The translations under genes and the position numbers were made by a program. Of a stretch of DNA of 64,000 bases, positions 50,435-61,671 are shown one piece after another; the first letter of the stretch is position 1, and every line of letters starts with the position of its first letter. The notes beneath the pieces are model-generated. The model did not search any database. It saw only the letters and a list, made by a program, of their open reading frames with translations, and was not told where the DNA came from. The DNA is from Squalus acanthias (taxonomy: Eukaryota), in NCBI GenBank assembly GCA_030390025.1, contig CM059433.1, forward strand, positions 7,690,001 through 7,754,000. The letters run 5' to 3'.

Positions 50435-51300
50435 TTGTTGGTGATGCAGTTCTTGTAGAGATCAGTTTACATTGCAGGGGGAGCTAGATAGTCAGTTTGA
50501 CCAGACACAGTACAGTAGGGCAAATTTAAGTCTGCTCTTCATTAAGTTAGGTGTCTGCATATTTGTTCCTCTCTGGAGTTAATTTATTTTGTGGAAGAGA
50601 TTTAAATGTTACAAGGTGGAAAAAAATGCTTTGAATAAATCTGCTTCTTGTATTTGAAGGGTGAAAATTATGACACGCTTTTTCCAAAAGAGCTATATGG
50701 AATGTGTGAAAAAATGTATCCGCCGTCTCCCCGTCAGATTTATCCACATGCTGGTTTGTTTCCGCCACCGCGGAGGTATGGATCACAGCGGTGCTTCTTG
50801 CGATATGTGCAAGCCCTGAAACTGCAAAGTGCTTCTAGATACAGCCGCGATGCCTTATGCGTCACGATTACGACATTCCTTACCCACCCAAGTCCATATA
50901 ATCTCCTGGGAGAGGTTAAATCCCAAATAAAAATACAAGGGCAATTAGAGAAAAAAAAAATCTGGAAAATTCATCTCTGACCCCCGCCAATTAAATTTTT
51001 GTTAAGAAGGTTAGGACTCATGAAATTACTGCCAAATTATAGCTAGCTAGTTTATCAATGAACTTAGCAATAGAACTCAAAAAATAATGATAAATGGGGG
51101 GGAAAAATAGCTCCAGCTATAGGGGTGTGATAAGTGGAGTTTCATAACGGTCCATTCTGTGTCCCCCGGTTCACACTATTCCAAAACACTATGGAGAGCA
51201 GTACTTCCAGTAATGTGTTAATTACACTAGGCTATGTAACTGGGTGACCAATATAAGGGGTGCTGTGAGCATTCAAATAAACCTGAATCAACTCAGAAGA

Positions 51301-51476
51301 TAAATGTGAGAAGTCGCACAACACCAGGTTATAGTCCAACAGGTGAAGTCTTCACCTGACGAAGGAGCAGCGCTCCGAAAGCTTGTGATTTCAAATAAAA
51401 CTGTTGGACTATAACCTGGTGTTGTGCGACTTCTCACATTTGTCCACCGCAGTCCAACACCGGCATCTCCACATAA
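51301..51476 (+). mobile_element. Penelope family-A pLTR with inverted 5' arm and an intact hammerhead (51352-51388)
   Basis: 12-bp TSD CAACTCAGAAGA; TCAC-CTGACGA-A-GGAGC(AGC)GCTCC-GAA-AGCT-T-GTGA. Confidence 0.82.
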
Positions 51477-52309
51477 CAACTCAGAAGAGAGGCTAAGGAA
51501 CAGCAGATGAATTTCAATATGGATAAATATAAGGAAACAGGAAACACATATATACATAAAGAAGGAATTTTGATTGTTAAATGTAAACATAAAATAGAAC
51601 AGTCCTCAAGGGCATCTGAGTTGAAGGAAGTACCTGCCAGCTCTGTGACCTCCACCACTGAGAAGGACAAGAGCAACAATGTTATGTGAATACAATAACC
51701 TCGAAATTACAAATCATCCAGACTTGGACGTATATCGCCATTCCATCATCGTTGCTGGGTCAAAATCCTAGACTTCCCTATCTAACACACAATGATGTAG
51801 GCAGCATAATTGGACGACAGCAGTTCAAGAAAAAAATCTCACCGTCACTTTCTAAGAGCAAATAGGCATGGGCAATAAATGCAGCCTTGACAGTGTCGCC
51901 CACATCCTGAGAATAAATATTTTGCATCAATTACTGACAAGGCTCCATTTAGAATGCAAAATGAAGCTCTGTGCACCTTACCTTCATAAGACACTTATGA
52001 TGCACTGGAAATGGCTCAGAGCAGAGCAACTGGAATCACTCCAGAACGAAGAGTTCCACATTATGAGGAGTCACTTTTGAATGTGCAATAGTCTTTCCGA
52101 TTACAAAAGGCATTAACTGGGAACACCTTCATTAAAATAGCAGAGGAATTTCGTATCAACACACTCAGATCATTTGTGGCTAATCTTATGGTTTCAACCC
52201 GTTAAAACCTGAGAAAAGCAAGCATGCTTATACATCAAGAACCTAGAAACAAATGTCCACTTCGTCTTCACAATGGTCTTGAAAATCCACGGCCATCCCA
52301 GCATACTCT

Positions 52310-53135
52310 TGCCGCAAATTCTGTGGGAGTACACTGGAAAAGCCAGAAGCTGGTCTGGGACATGGATACCGTTTCCTAAATGGCCTGTTGTTCGAGGGGC
52401 CTCTGCCCGTCCCAGACATTGGCCGTCATATGGCGGTTGCGCCAGGGGATGGGGCCCGGGAGGAATGGCGGCTTGCGCTCCTGGGCCTCTCCGGGTCCGC
52501 GCGGGCAGAGCCCCCACGTATCCCAGGGGCGCAGGCGGTTCGTAGACGCTCCTGGGATCATGTGGGCCGGCCCAACCAATAAAAGAAGGGAATCCCCATT
52601 CATACTTTTGACAGGTCCGTACGTACGGAACTGTCAAAAGCTTGAATGGGGATCACTTAAAAAATACACCAACACATGAAATAATGTTTTTTTTAAATTA
52701 CATATTTAAAATTAATTAAAATGCCATTTAATTAAATAATTTAAACAAAAATTTAATTTTTTGAAGAAAAAAAAAATGTTTTTACTGGGCTAAAAATAAA
52801 CTTACCTTTTTGAAGAATATTTTTAATATATAAATGAGTGATCAAATTTTATTTTTCTATTTTTTAAAACTCTTATGCTGGTAAAAGCAGGCCTTACCAG
52901 GCGTAAGAATTTGACAGACATTCAACGGGCGGAAGTTTGGGCAAATAGCGCAACTCTCCACCTGCGGAAGCCCGTCTCCCGGGGATGCGGAGGATCTGTC
53001 AAGAGAATTCTTGACAGATCGCAAGTGCCGGGTTTCAGCGCATGCGCTTTGCATGCCTAAACCCGGAACTTGCGTGGCCCCTCCGGGCGCGTGCGCACCT
53101 CGTACGCACCCGTAGGGGTCACAAAATGCAGCTCG
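52310..53135. mobile_element. MITE homologous (inverted) to 1027-1735
   Basis: Shared blocks such as gaatggggattcccttcttttatt and cccctacgggtgcgtacg. Confidence 0.7.
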
Positions 53136-53744
53136 ATATTTTTCTTTGAACACATTTATCAATGTGACCCCTTTACAAAGAAGGCAGCTGGGGTTGCCCT
53201 TACAAGAGGTGGGTACTGCATAGTAATAACAGAGTGATCTGCTGGACTAGTTTCAATCGCCGTGGGGTTTGGAGAAGAATACCCCAGATTTTTTATTCTG
53301 AAATTCGCCTGGTTTTTAAAATCTGGTTTTTCACCTCTCCCAGGAGATCACATGGTTTTGGGTGGGGTGGAGAGTGTGTACAATTGTGTGGGACAGGCTG
53401 GATGGACCAGAGGGTCCTTTTCCTGTCCGTCATTGCTCATATGCTATCTTGATTCCAGGAATGGATGCAGATAACCTCTTCTCGGTTCCATCACTTTTGC
53501 TGGACCCTCTGGTAGACTCCCCGCGTGCACCTTATTTGCACCGGCACCCACCACACGTGTGATAATTAAGGCACACCCGACAAACTTTGACAGGGCTATT
53601 GGCAAAGCTCCCGGATGGACACATCAAGCACTAACATGTGGATGTGTCTCCTTCACTTCCTCCCCCCTCCAATAGATTTTCAGGGCCAATAAATGTTGTG
53701 TTTTCTGAACCAAAAATAATCTGACATATTTGAAATTGCAGATT

Positions 53745-54285
53745 TTTTTTTAATTCATTCATGGGATGTGGGCGTCGCTGGCAAGGCCAGCATTTATTGT
53801 CCATCCCTAATTGCCCTTGAGAAGGTGGTGGTGAGCTGCCTTCTTGAACCGCTGCAGTCCGTGTGGTGAAGGTGCTCCCACAGTGCTGTTAGGGAGGGAG
53901 TTCCAGGATTTTGACCCAGCGATGATGAAGGAGCAGCTGATATACTTCCAAGTCAGGATGGTGTGTGACTTGGAGGTGGTGGTGTTCCCATGTGCCTGCT
54001 GCCTTTGTCCTTCTAGGTGGTGGAGGTCACGGGTTTGGGAGGTGCTGCCGAAGAAGCCTTGGCGAGTTGCTGCAGTGCATTTTTGTAGATGGTACACACT
54101 GCAGCCACGGCATGCCGGTGGTGGAGGGAGTGAATGTTTAAGGTGGTGGATGGGGTGCCAATCAAGCGGGCTGCTTTGTCCTGGATGGTGTCGAACTTCT
54201 TGAGTGTTGTTGGAGCTGCACTCATCCAGGCAAGTGGAGAATATTCCATCACACTCCTTACTTGTGCCTTGTAGATGGTGGAAAG
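53745..54285 (-). mobile_element. CR1/L2-group LINE 3' end (same family as 31100-31700)
   Basis: IYKAQVRSVMEYSPLAWMSAAPTTLKK; shared tail. Confidence 0.8.
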
Positions 54286-54489
54286 GTGTATCAATTATAC
54301 TGTTTTGAAATTATGATAGCCATTTAAATCACTGTAATATTTATTATATTGTGCTTTTTTCAGATAATGTAATTACTTGCTCTGTGTATAAGCCCTTGGT
54401 CCAGATTCACAATTGTTTTTCCTGTTATCATTGCAACTGTAGTAAATCACCATAAGATGGAAAACCACGTTGTCCTGATTATTGTGTGG

Positions 54490-56693
54490 TGAACTAGAAA
54501 TTCGGATACTTACCGCTCTCCCGGTAAGGCCCGTTTCTTGAAAAAAAAATGGCGGCTGCCTCACTTCCGCCTGCCTTTGGCGAGGGGACTCGGAAGTCGC
54601 CATTTTGGTGAGGGCCACAACGCTGGCGTTAGCTGCGCTGGGCCTAGAAATGCAAAACAGCAGTCGGACAACACCGACTTGGCGCCACGCTCTGCAAACT
54701 TGGATCATTGCGATAACTTTAAAAAGCGAGCGTGCAGCAGACCTACAGAGGCGCACTACTTAAAGGGACACACACATCTTTCAGGTAAGTTTTGCATTTA
54801 AGCTTTTAAGGTGGATTTTTTTGATTTTATTGATTTTATTGCTTGGTGCAATACATGTTAAAAGCTTTTTAAGTGTGCAGGGAGTGCAGGGACTGCTGCT
54901 GGACGTTTGCAAGGCCTTGGATGGTAAAGGAAGACTGAAAATGTTGGAAATACTCAGCAGATCAGGCAGCATCCATGGAGAGAGACACAGAGTTCACGTC
55001 TCAGGTCGAGATGCTGCCTGACCTGCTGAGTATTTCCAGTATTTTATGCTTTCATTTCAGGTTTACAACATCCGCTCGCAGAGAGAAGAGGAAGACGCCG
55101 AAGAGGGAGACGCAGAAGAGGAAGACACAGAAGAGGAAGAAGCAGAAGAGGAGGAAGCGGAAGGAAGGATGCAACCCAGACAGCTCCTTTCTGGCCGGGA
55201 TATCCGGAATCGAATCATCCGCCTGCGGTACCAGTGACCACAACCGCAATTCCCCTTTCAAGGTTTGTCCCACACCTTACCTTCCCTCTTACTGACCATC
55301 ACAGTGTCCTCTTGGCCACAATGCTGAAATAAAAGCCACCACAAAGCAAACTTTCCAATCCAACTTTATCCATATATGCATCCAATATGACATCAAGAAA
55401 TCAACTAATCACCTTTGTGCATTCCCTTAGTGACTGTCTTGTGTGTGCCTTTGCCTATCCTACTGATGTCACGCAGTGCTACCCCAGTGGCTGCAGCATG
55501 TCTGGTGGAAGGCTGCTGACTTTCAGTGGGGGAGACTACAGATGGCCTTGCAGACGACCTCAAGGAGCTGGTTGCTGGGAGTGTCAAATTGAGTGACGGT
55601 GTTTCTTCTTCTTCTTCACTCTCCTCTCCCTCCTCTTGGCCAACCACTGTCTGGGCAGGCTGCATTTCCTGGGTGTCTGAAATGAGGAAGGACAAGGGTG
55701 GAATTGTGGTGAGGGGAGGGCGGGAAAGCAAGAGGTGCATGTGAGAAGGAGGATAACATATAAGGATACTAGCACCTTGTATTCTTTCAGCCCCGCTGCT
55801 GGCCAAGGGCTCAGCCATGCCCTTGCCAAGAATGGCCAGCACCGTCTCCTCCAAGGGGGTGAGGTGAAGCTAGGAATGTGAGATGTGCCTCGTGTTTGGT
55901 AGAGATTGTTGGTAGGTGAGTGATGGAGGGTCGTGCATTGAGCAGTGTGTGAGGCTAGTGGTGCAGTTGGTAGGAGACGGCTTTTGAAGATGCATTCACT
56001 GACCTTGACCAGTGGTCTGAGGTCATGAAGCTTCTTTGGGCACTGGAGCCAGGTGGTGGGGGCGACACTGCTGGCAGTGACGGCTTTGGTGATCTGCTCC
56101 CACATCCTTCTTTCTGGAGGGACTCCTGGCCCCTGTGGGTAGAGGACCTCTCATGCAGTGTTAACCCCCCGCACAAAGCGGGAGTGCTGTGTGCAAGACC
56201 CTGGGTGCCCTTCCCTGGCTTGCTGAGCCATTTGTGTTAGTGCTGAAGCACTTTTCCCATTTTTTTTAATGTGCGGAAGGCAATTGAGCTTTAAGAGCTG
56301 AAGACGGCCATTTGGGAATTATTTTTAATGTTAATTTTTTTCAGAAGGCAGCTGAGCTCTAAGGGCTGAAAACCGCCTAGTTTTTAATTTTTTTTTTAAA
56401 TTTTAGAAGGCAGTTCCCCTTTAAGGGACCAACACTGTTTTCTAAAATGACAGGCTAGCTTTAAGTGAACCCTGTTCTTGCTCCAGGGACGCAACGGCCA
56501 CGCTTCACTGGGGCCTCCTGCTGAGAGTAGCGCCCGAAAAACAGCCTTACACCGTAAGTTTAGCGCTGTGCTAATGTTCAACAGCAGGCAGCACCAAAAT
56601 ACCGGTGCTGTCGGTGTGATTAATTCGGTCGGCTGCTAACTACAGCCCATGGTGGCACCAGCAGCTTTTCACCGCAATGTAATTTTTAGCCCC
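54490..56693 (-). mobile_element. Non-autonomous Harbinger element, inverted sister of 37511-39534, with a nested Penelope repeat (about 54930-55058)
   Basis: Myb remnant on the minus strand (WEQITKAVTASSVAPTTWLQCPKKLHDL); on the plus strand an acidic tail ending SGRDIRNRIIRLRYQ* followed by AATAAA. Confidence 0.8.
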
Positions 56694-56849
56694 ATATTTT
56701 TATCTTGACTGTCACTGAGTTTGTTTTTTGCCATGTACTTGAACACATTCTAACCAAATATTTATCCTGTTTGAATGCTCATGCATGAGACCCAGAAAAA
56801 CTGAGAATCTGTGAGACTTCTGCATGTTTGGCCATATGACCTCACAAGA

Positions 56850-57390
56850 CCTCACTGGTTAGGCCCCAGCTGGAGTATTGTGGCCAATTCTGGGCACCAC
56901 ACTTTAGCACGGATGTCAAGGTCTTGGAGAGGGTGCGGAGGAGATTGACCAGAATGGTACCAGGGATGAGGGAATGCAGTTACGTGGAGAGACTAGAGAA
57001 GCTGGGGTTGTTCTCCTTAGAACAGAGAAGGTTAAGTAAGGGGAGATTTAATAACCGTTTTGATTGAGTAAATAAGGAGAAACTGTTTCCACTGGCAGGA
57101 GGGTCAGTAACCAGATGACACAGATTTAAGATAATTGGTAAAAAGAACCAGAGGGGGAGATGAGGAGATATTTTTTACACAGCGAGTTGTTATGATCTGA
57201 AATGCGCTGCCTGAAAGGGCAGATTCAATAGTAACTTTCAAAAGGGAATTGTATATATACTTGAAAAGGAAAAATTTGCAGGGCTATGGGGAAAGAGCAG
57301 TGGAGTGAGACTAATTGGATAGCTCTACCAAAGAGCCGGCACAGGCATGATGGGCCGAATGGCCTCCTCCTGTGCTGTATCGTTCTAAGA
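56850..57390 (+). mobile_element. CR1 3' part
   Basis: LVRPQLEY motif and CR1 tail. Confidence 0.85.
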
Positions 57391-58084
57391 CCTTAACTAA
57401 ATAGAGTCTACAGCTGCTCCCCGCTCTGTCCCTTTGCTAGAATTGTGGTAGGAACACCGTTTTCGTGCATAAACAGGGCTTCTGCCACACTTCCTGCAAA
57501 GTTACACTGCCGGAGCTCCGAGGAAACCCCTGGCCATAATATGTTTCTTCCTGCTTCTAAAAATGAAAAATAATTTGACAAGTGAGATTGTAGTACAACA
57601 GGGACTTTGCCCTCTATTTTGAACTCTGATTGGGTTTGTTTTTGTCTTGTGGTAAACGATATAAATGCGCTGGGGTGCGGTGGTGATAGTCCCCCTTTCA
57701 ATAATTTTTCAGTGAAAATTTGGGCTGGAGTGCAGAACAGGATTTTGCTAAAACTTTCAACAGGAAGAATTTCATCCCTTAGGTATGCAAGAGCCCCTGG
57801 CGGATTGGGGAGGAGGAAATCCATCCACAGCTTATCCCTGCTGTAAGTGCCTGTGGTCAGCTTCTCTGCAACGACCTGACTCACATAACTCACCCTGTGA
57901 TGTAGCTCAGGTACGAGCCCACACTCAACCACGCTGCAGCACTTCAGCCCACAATTTACTGCATTGCTGGAAACATTATATTATTCTAACATATAGAGAT
58001 GTGGACCGCCTCCCTCATAATCTGTTCAGTTGATAGCTCAATATTTTGGACGAGCCTTACTTAGAATCATAGAATAGAATCATA

Positions 58085-58380
58085 GGCCTAAAAATGTGAT
58101 TGCTTTGCGCCTCCCGTAACGAGGAGGAAAGCAACTAGCGCCTGGGCACGGCGCCACCAACGCCTCCTGCGAAATTCAGCGGGAGGTTAGCGGCGGCGGT
58201 AACCGTTAGCGCCCCGCGGTGCTGCGCCGCCGGCGATGACGTCATCGCCGTGCACAGCGTCCCGCTCGTGCCCCGGCCGCGATCTTCGGTAGCGCCCCCT
58301 GACTTACTGCCGGACGCAATGTCCTATGGGGTCATGGGGACCTACCTGCGGCCGGGATGGCGCAAATTAAAGGGGAGGTG
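58085..58380. mobile_element. CpG-rich arm of a Harbinger-type element, truncated
   Basis: Begins GGCCTAAAAAT; repeated tagcgcc motifs as in the 49.2-50.4 kb element. Confidence 0.45.
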
Positions 58381-58384
58381 TCAT

Positions 58385-59212
58385 TGAAACATAGAAGATA
58401 GAAGCAGGAGTAGGCCATTCGGCCCCTCGAGCCTGTTCCGCCATTTAATGAGATCATGGCTGATCATCCAAATTCAGTACCCTGTCCCTGCTTTCTCCCC
58501 ATATCCCTTGGTCCCTTTAGCCTTAAGAAATATATCTAACTCCTTCTTGAATATATTTAATGAATTGGCCTCAACTGCCTTCTGTGGTAGAGAATTCCAC
58601 AGGTTCACCACTCTCTGGGTGAAGAAATTCCTCATCATCTCAGTCCTAAATAGCTTACCCCTTATCCTTAGACTGTGACCCCTGGTTCTGGACTCCCCCG
58701 CCATCAGGAACATCCTTCCTGCATCTAGTCTGTCTAGTCCTGTTAGAATTTTATAAGTTTCAATGAGATCCCCTCTCATTCTTCTAAACTCTGGCGAATA
58801 TAAGCCTAATTGACGCAATCTCTCTTCATACGTCATTCCTGCCATCCCAGGTATCAGTCTGGTGAATCTTCGCTGCACTCCCTCCATGGCAAGAACATCC
58901 TTCCTCAGATAAGGCGACCAAAACTGCACACAATACTCAAGGTGTGGTCTCACCAAGGCCCTGTACAACTGCAGCAAGACATCCTTGCTCCTGTACTCGA
59001 ATCCTCTCGCTATGAAGGCCAACATACCATTTGACTTCTTAACCGCCTGCTGCACCTGCATGCTTACCTTCAACGACTGGTGCACAAGGACACCCAGGTC
59101 TCGTTGCACTTCCCCTTTTCCCAATCTATTGGCGTTCAGATAATAATCTGTCTTCCTGTTTTTGCCACCAAAGTGGATAAGCTCGCATTTATCCACATTA
59201 TACTGCATCTGC
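58385..59212 (-). mobile_element. CR1 3' part
   Basis: Open ORF 58474-59208 (244 aa) of the CR1 ORF2 C-terminus. Confidence 0.93.
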
Positions 59213-60794
59213 CTCTTTCCTGAAGTGTGGTGCCCAGAATTGTCCTCAATACTCCAGCTGAGGCCTAACCAGTGATTTATAAAGCTCTAGCTTGATCTCT
59301 TAGCTTTTATATTCTATGCTTCTATTTCTAAACCCAAGTAACCCACATGCTTTTTAACCACCTTATCAACTTGCCCTGCTACCTTTAAGGATTTGTGTAT
59401 ATGTGTATATATACTTGCGAGTGCACATACGTTTCTTTTTCTCACAGAGCAGTGTTCTTATGACACATTCCACGATTTATTGCCACTTTTTTTTTTCTTT
59501 CATAACTTACTGATTTACTTATTACAGATTCAGGAAGTGAGAGCGAGGAATTTGTATATTAAAGCTGACCTCAGGCTAGCGCGAAGGTGAAATGACTGAA
59601 CAGGGCAGGGTGGACCTATCATTCAGAAAATGAGCGATGCTTTCCCCAGATTATCAGAGGCTGGCTGGCTGGCCCCCTTTTACTGAAGGGCCAGTGGATA
59701 GCGAAACGCTGCTCCAGGCTGTACAATGCAGCCAGTTAGGAGTGGTAGGCAAGGGGCACCTCAGGAGAGGCTCTCGATATACTAAGCTCTCACAAATTGA
59801 TCACATGCTGGGGATCAGCCCATGTGCCAGCTGGTGAGGAACTGTGTGAAATATGTTGGATGTGTTGATCATTACTTCCAGGTGGTATAACATCTGCAAA
59901 AGTTACTGGCGAGCGAAATATGTATTTTTTCAAAGCAGCCCGTGTAGTCAGTTTCCTGCGTGCTATTTCTCCTTTGTCTTTTCATCCATCCATCTGCCTC
60001 CCTCTAGCATTCTCCTTTCCCTGTCCAATTCCATCTCTTTTTCCAGTGGACAGTTGTTAAATTAAGAAATTATTATGTGGCACTGCATGTATTGAAATTT
60101 ATTTAAGGTCATAGAGAATAAAACTTGACCAAAAATTGCAGTTTTTCTTCAATAATAACGGCAAGTGGATTACTAAAGCTGGCATCTATAGATGCCGAGT
60201 ACGCAAGATATGGAATAAAGAAACACACAATCCTACGCTTCTGTTGGCACAGGAATAGCAAACAAATGACAATCTCATGGAAGGCATTAAGGGAATTGGT
60301 GCAATAATCGGTTTGTGCTAAAGTTAGAAAATACAGTTATGATTAACTAATATAATTCCACAGTTTTTTAACATTAAGAAGGTTTGTAGCACAGGGCGAC
60401 ACAGCAGTTTAGTCTATTGTCCTTTCACCACTGGAGCATCTGCATTAATTGAGCCTAAACTGACTGAAAGTTGTCGTCCTTTGTTGGCTGTACAGGTCCT
60501 ATGGGAAATGTGTTTGGATAACACACAACCAAATTTGACAGAAATTGGGAGTCTCACTCAGAGAGGTCATGAGGATGGGTTGGTGCAATAGGAGGTACTG
60601 TTCTGTAGTTTATTGTACATTGTCACCAAACCAAGCTACTTAGAAAAAACTCCTGTATGGAGCGAGCGCTCCCCTCCTGTCGGGACACGTCCCACTTGCC
60701 CAATTCCAAAGAGCTTAGGTGCAGAATGGCAAAGCCAAGGTATCCTGTCCCGCAATAAGTCCAACCCGTCTATTCCCTCCAACCTCATTCCTCA

Positions 60795-61556
60795 GTGTAT
60801 TTTTTAAATGGTGAGAGATTTGGAAATGTTGGTGTTCAGAGGGACCTGGGTGTCCTTGTACACGAATCACTGAAAGTTAACATGCAGGTACAGCAAGCAA
60901 TTAGGAAAGCAAATGGTATGTTGGCCTTGTTGGATTTGAGTATAAGAGTAAAGATGTCTTACTGCAATTATATAGGGCCCTGGTGAGACCACACCTGGAG
61001 TATTGTGTACAGTTTTGGTCTCCTTACCTAAGGAAGGATATACTTGCCATAGAGGGAGTGCAACGAAGGTTCACCAGACTGGTTCCTGGGATGGGCGGAT
61101 TGTCCTATGAGGACAGATTGAGTAGACTCGGCCTATATTCCCTGGAGTTTAGAAGAATGAGAGGTGATCTCATTGAAACATACAAAATTCTTTCAGGGCT
61201 TGACAGGGTAGATGCAGGGAGGATGTTTCCCCTGGCTGGGGAGTCTAGAACCAGGGGTCACAGTCTCAGAATAAGGGTTCGGCCATTTAGGACTGAGATG
61301 AGGAGAAATTTCTTCACTCAGAGGGTGGTGAATCTTTAGAATTCTCTACCCCAGAGGGCTGTGGAGGCTCAGTCATTGAGTATATTCAAGACAGAGATTG
61401 ATGGATTTTTGAATATTAAGGGGATTAAGGGATATGGGGATAGTTCAGGAAAGTGGAGATGAGGTAGAAGATCAGCCATGATCTTATTGAATGGTGGAGC
61501 AGGCTCGAGGGGCCAAATGGCCTACTCCTGCTTCTATTTCTTATGTTCTTATGTTC
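60795..61556 (+). mobile_element. CR1 3' part
   Basis: ORFs 60795-60986 and 60983-61339; (TTCTTATG)n tail. Confidence 0.93.
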
Positions 61557-61671
61557 TACGTTGGGTACATTAAAATCCTTGTTCTCATTTTCAAATTCCA
61601 CTACAGCCTCGCTCTGCCCTACCTTTGAAACCTCCTCCAGCCTCTTCTGCATCTCCCAGTCTTCTTCCTCT

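Noticed and set aside
53459..53562. Peptide PSLLLDP resembling the human E2F6 N-terminus
   Set aside because: It is on the plus strand, opposite to E2F6 and about 40 kb beyond its promoter; a 7-residue match is plausibly chance. It could at most be another exon of the plus-strand chain.
55046..55237. Acidic ORF as a host gene
   Set aside because: It lies inside a Harbinger element, has a sister at about 38950-39100 and resembles a transposase C-terminus.
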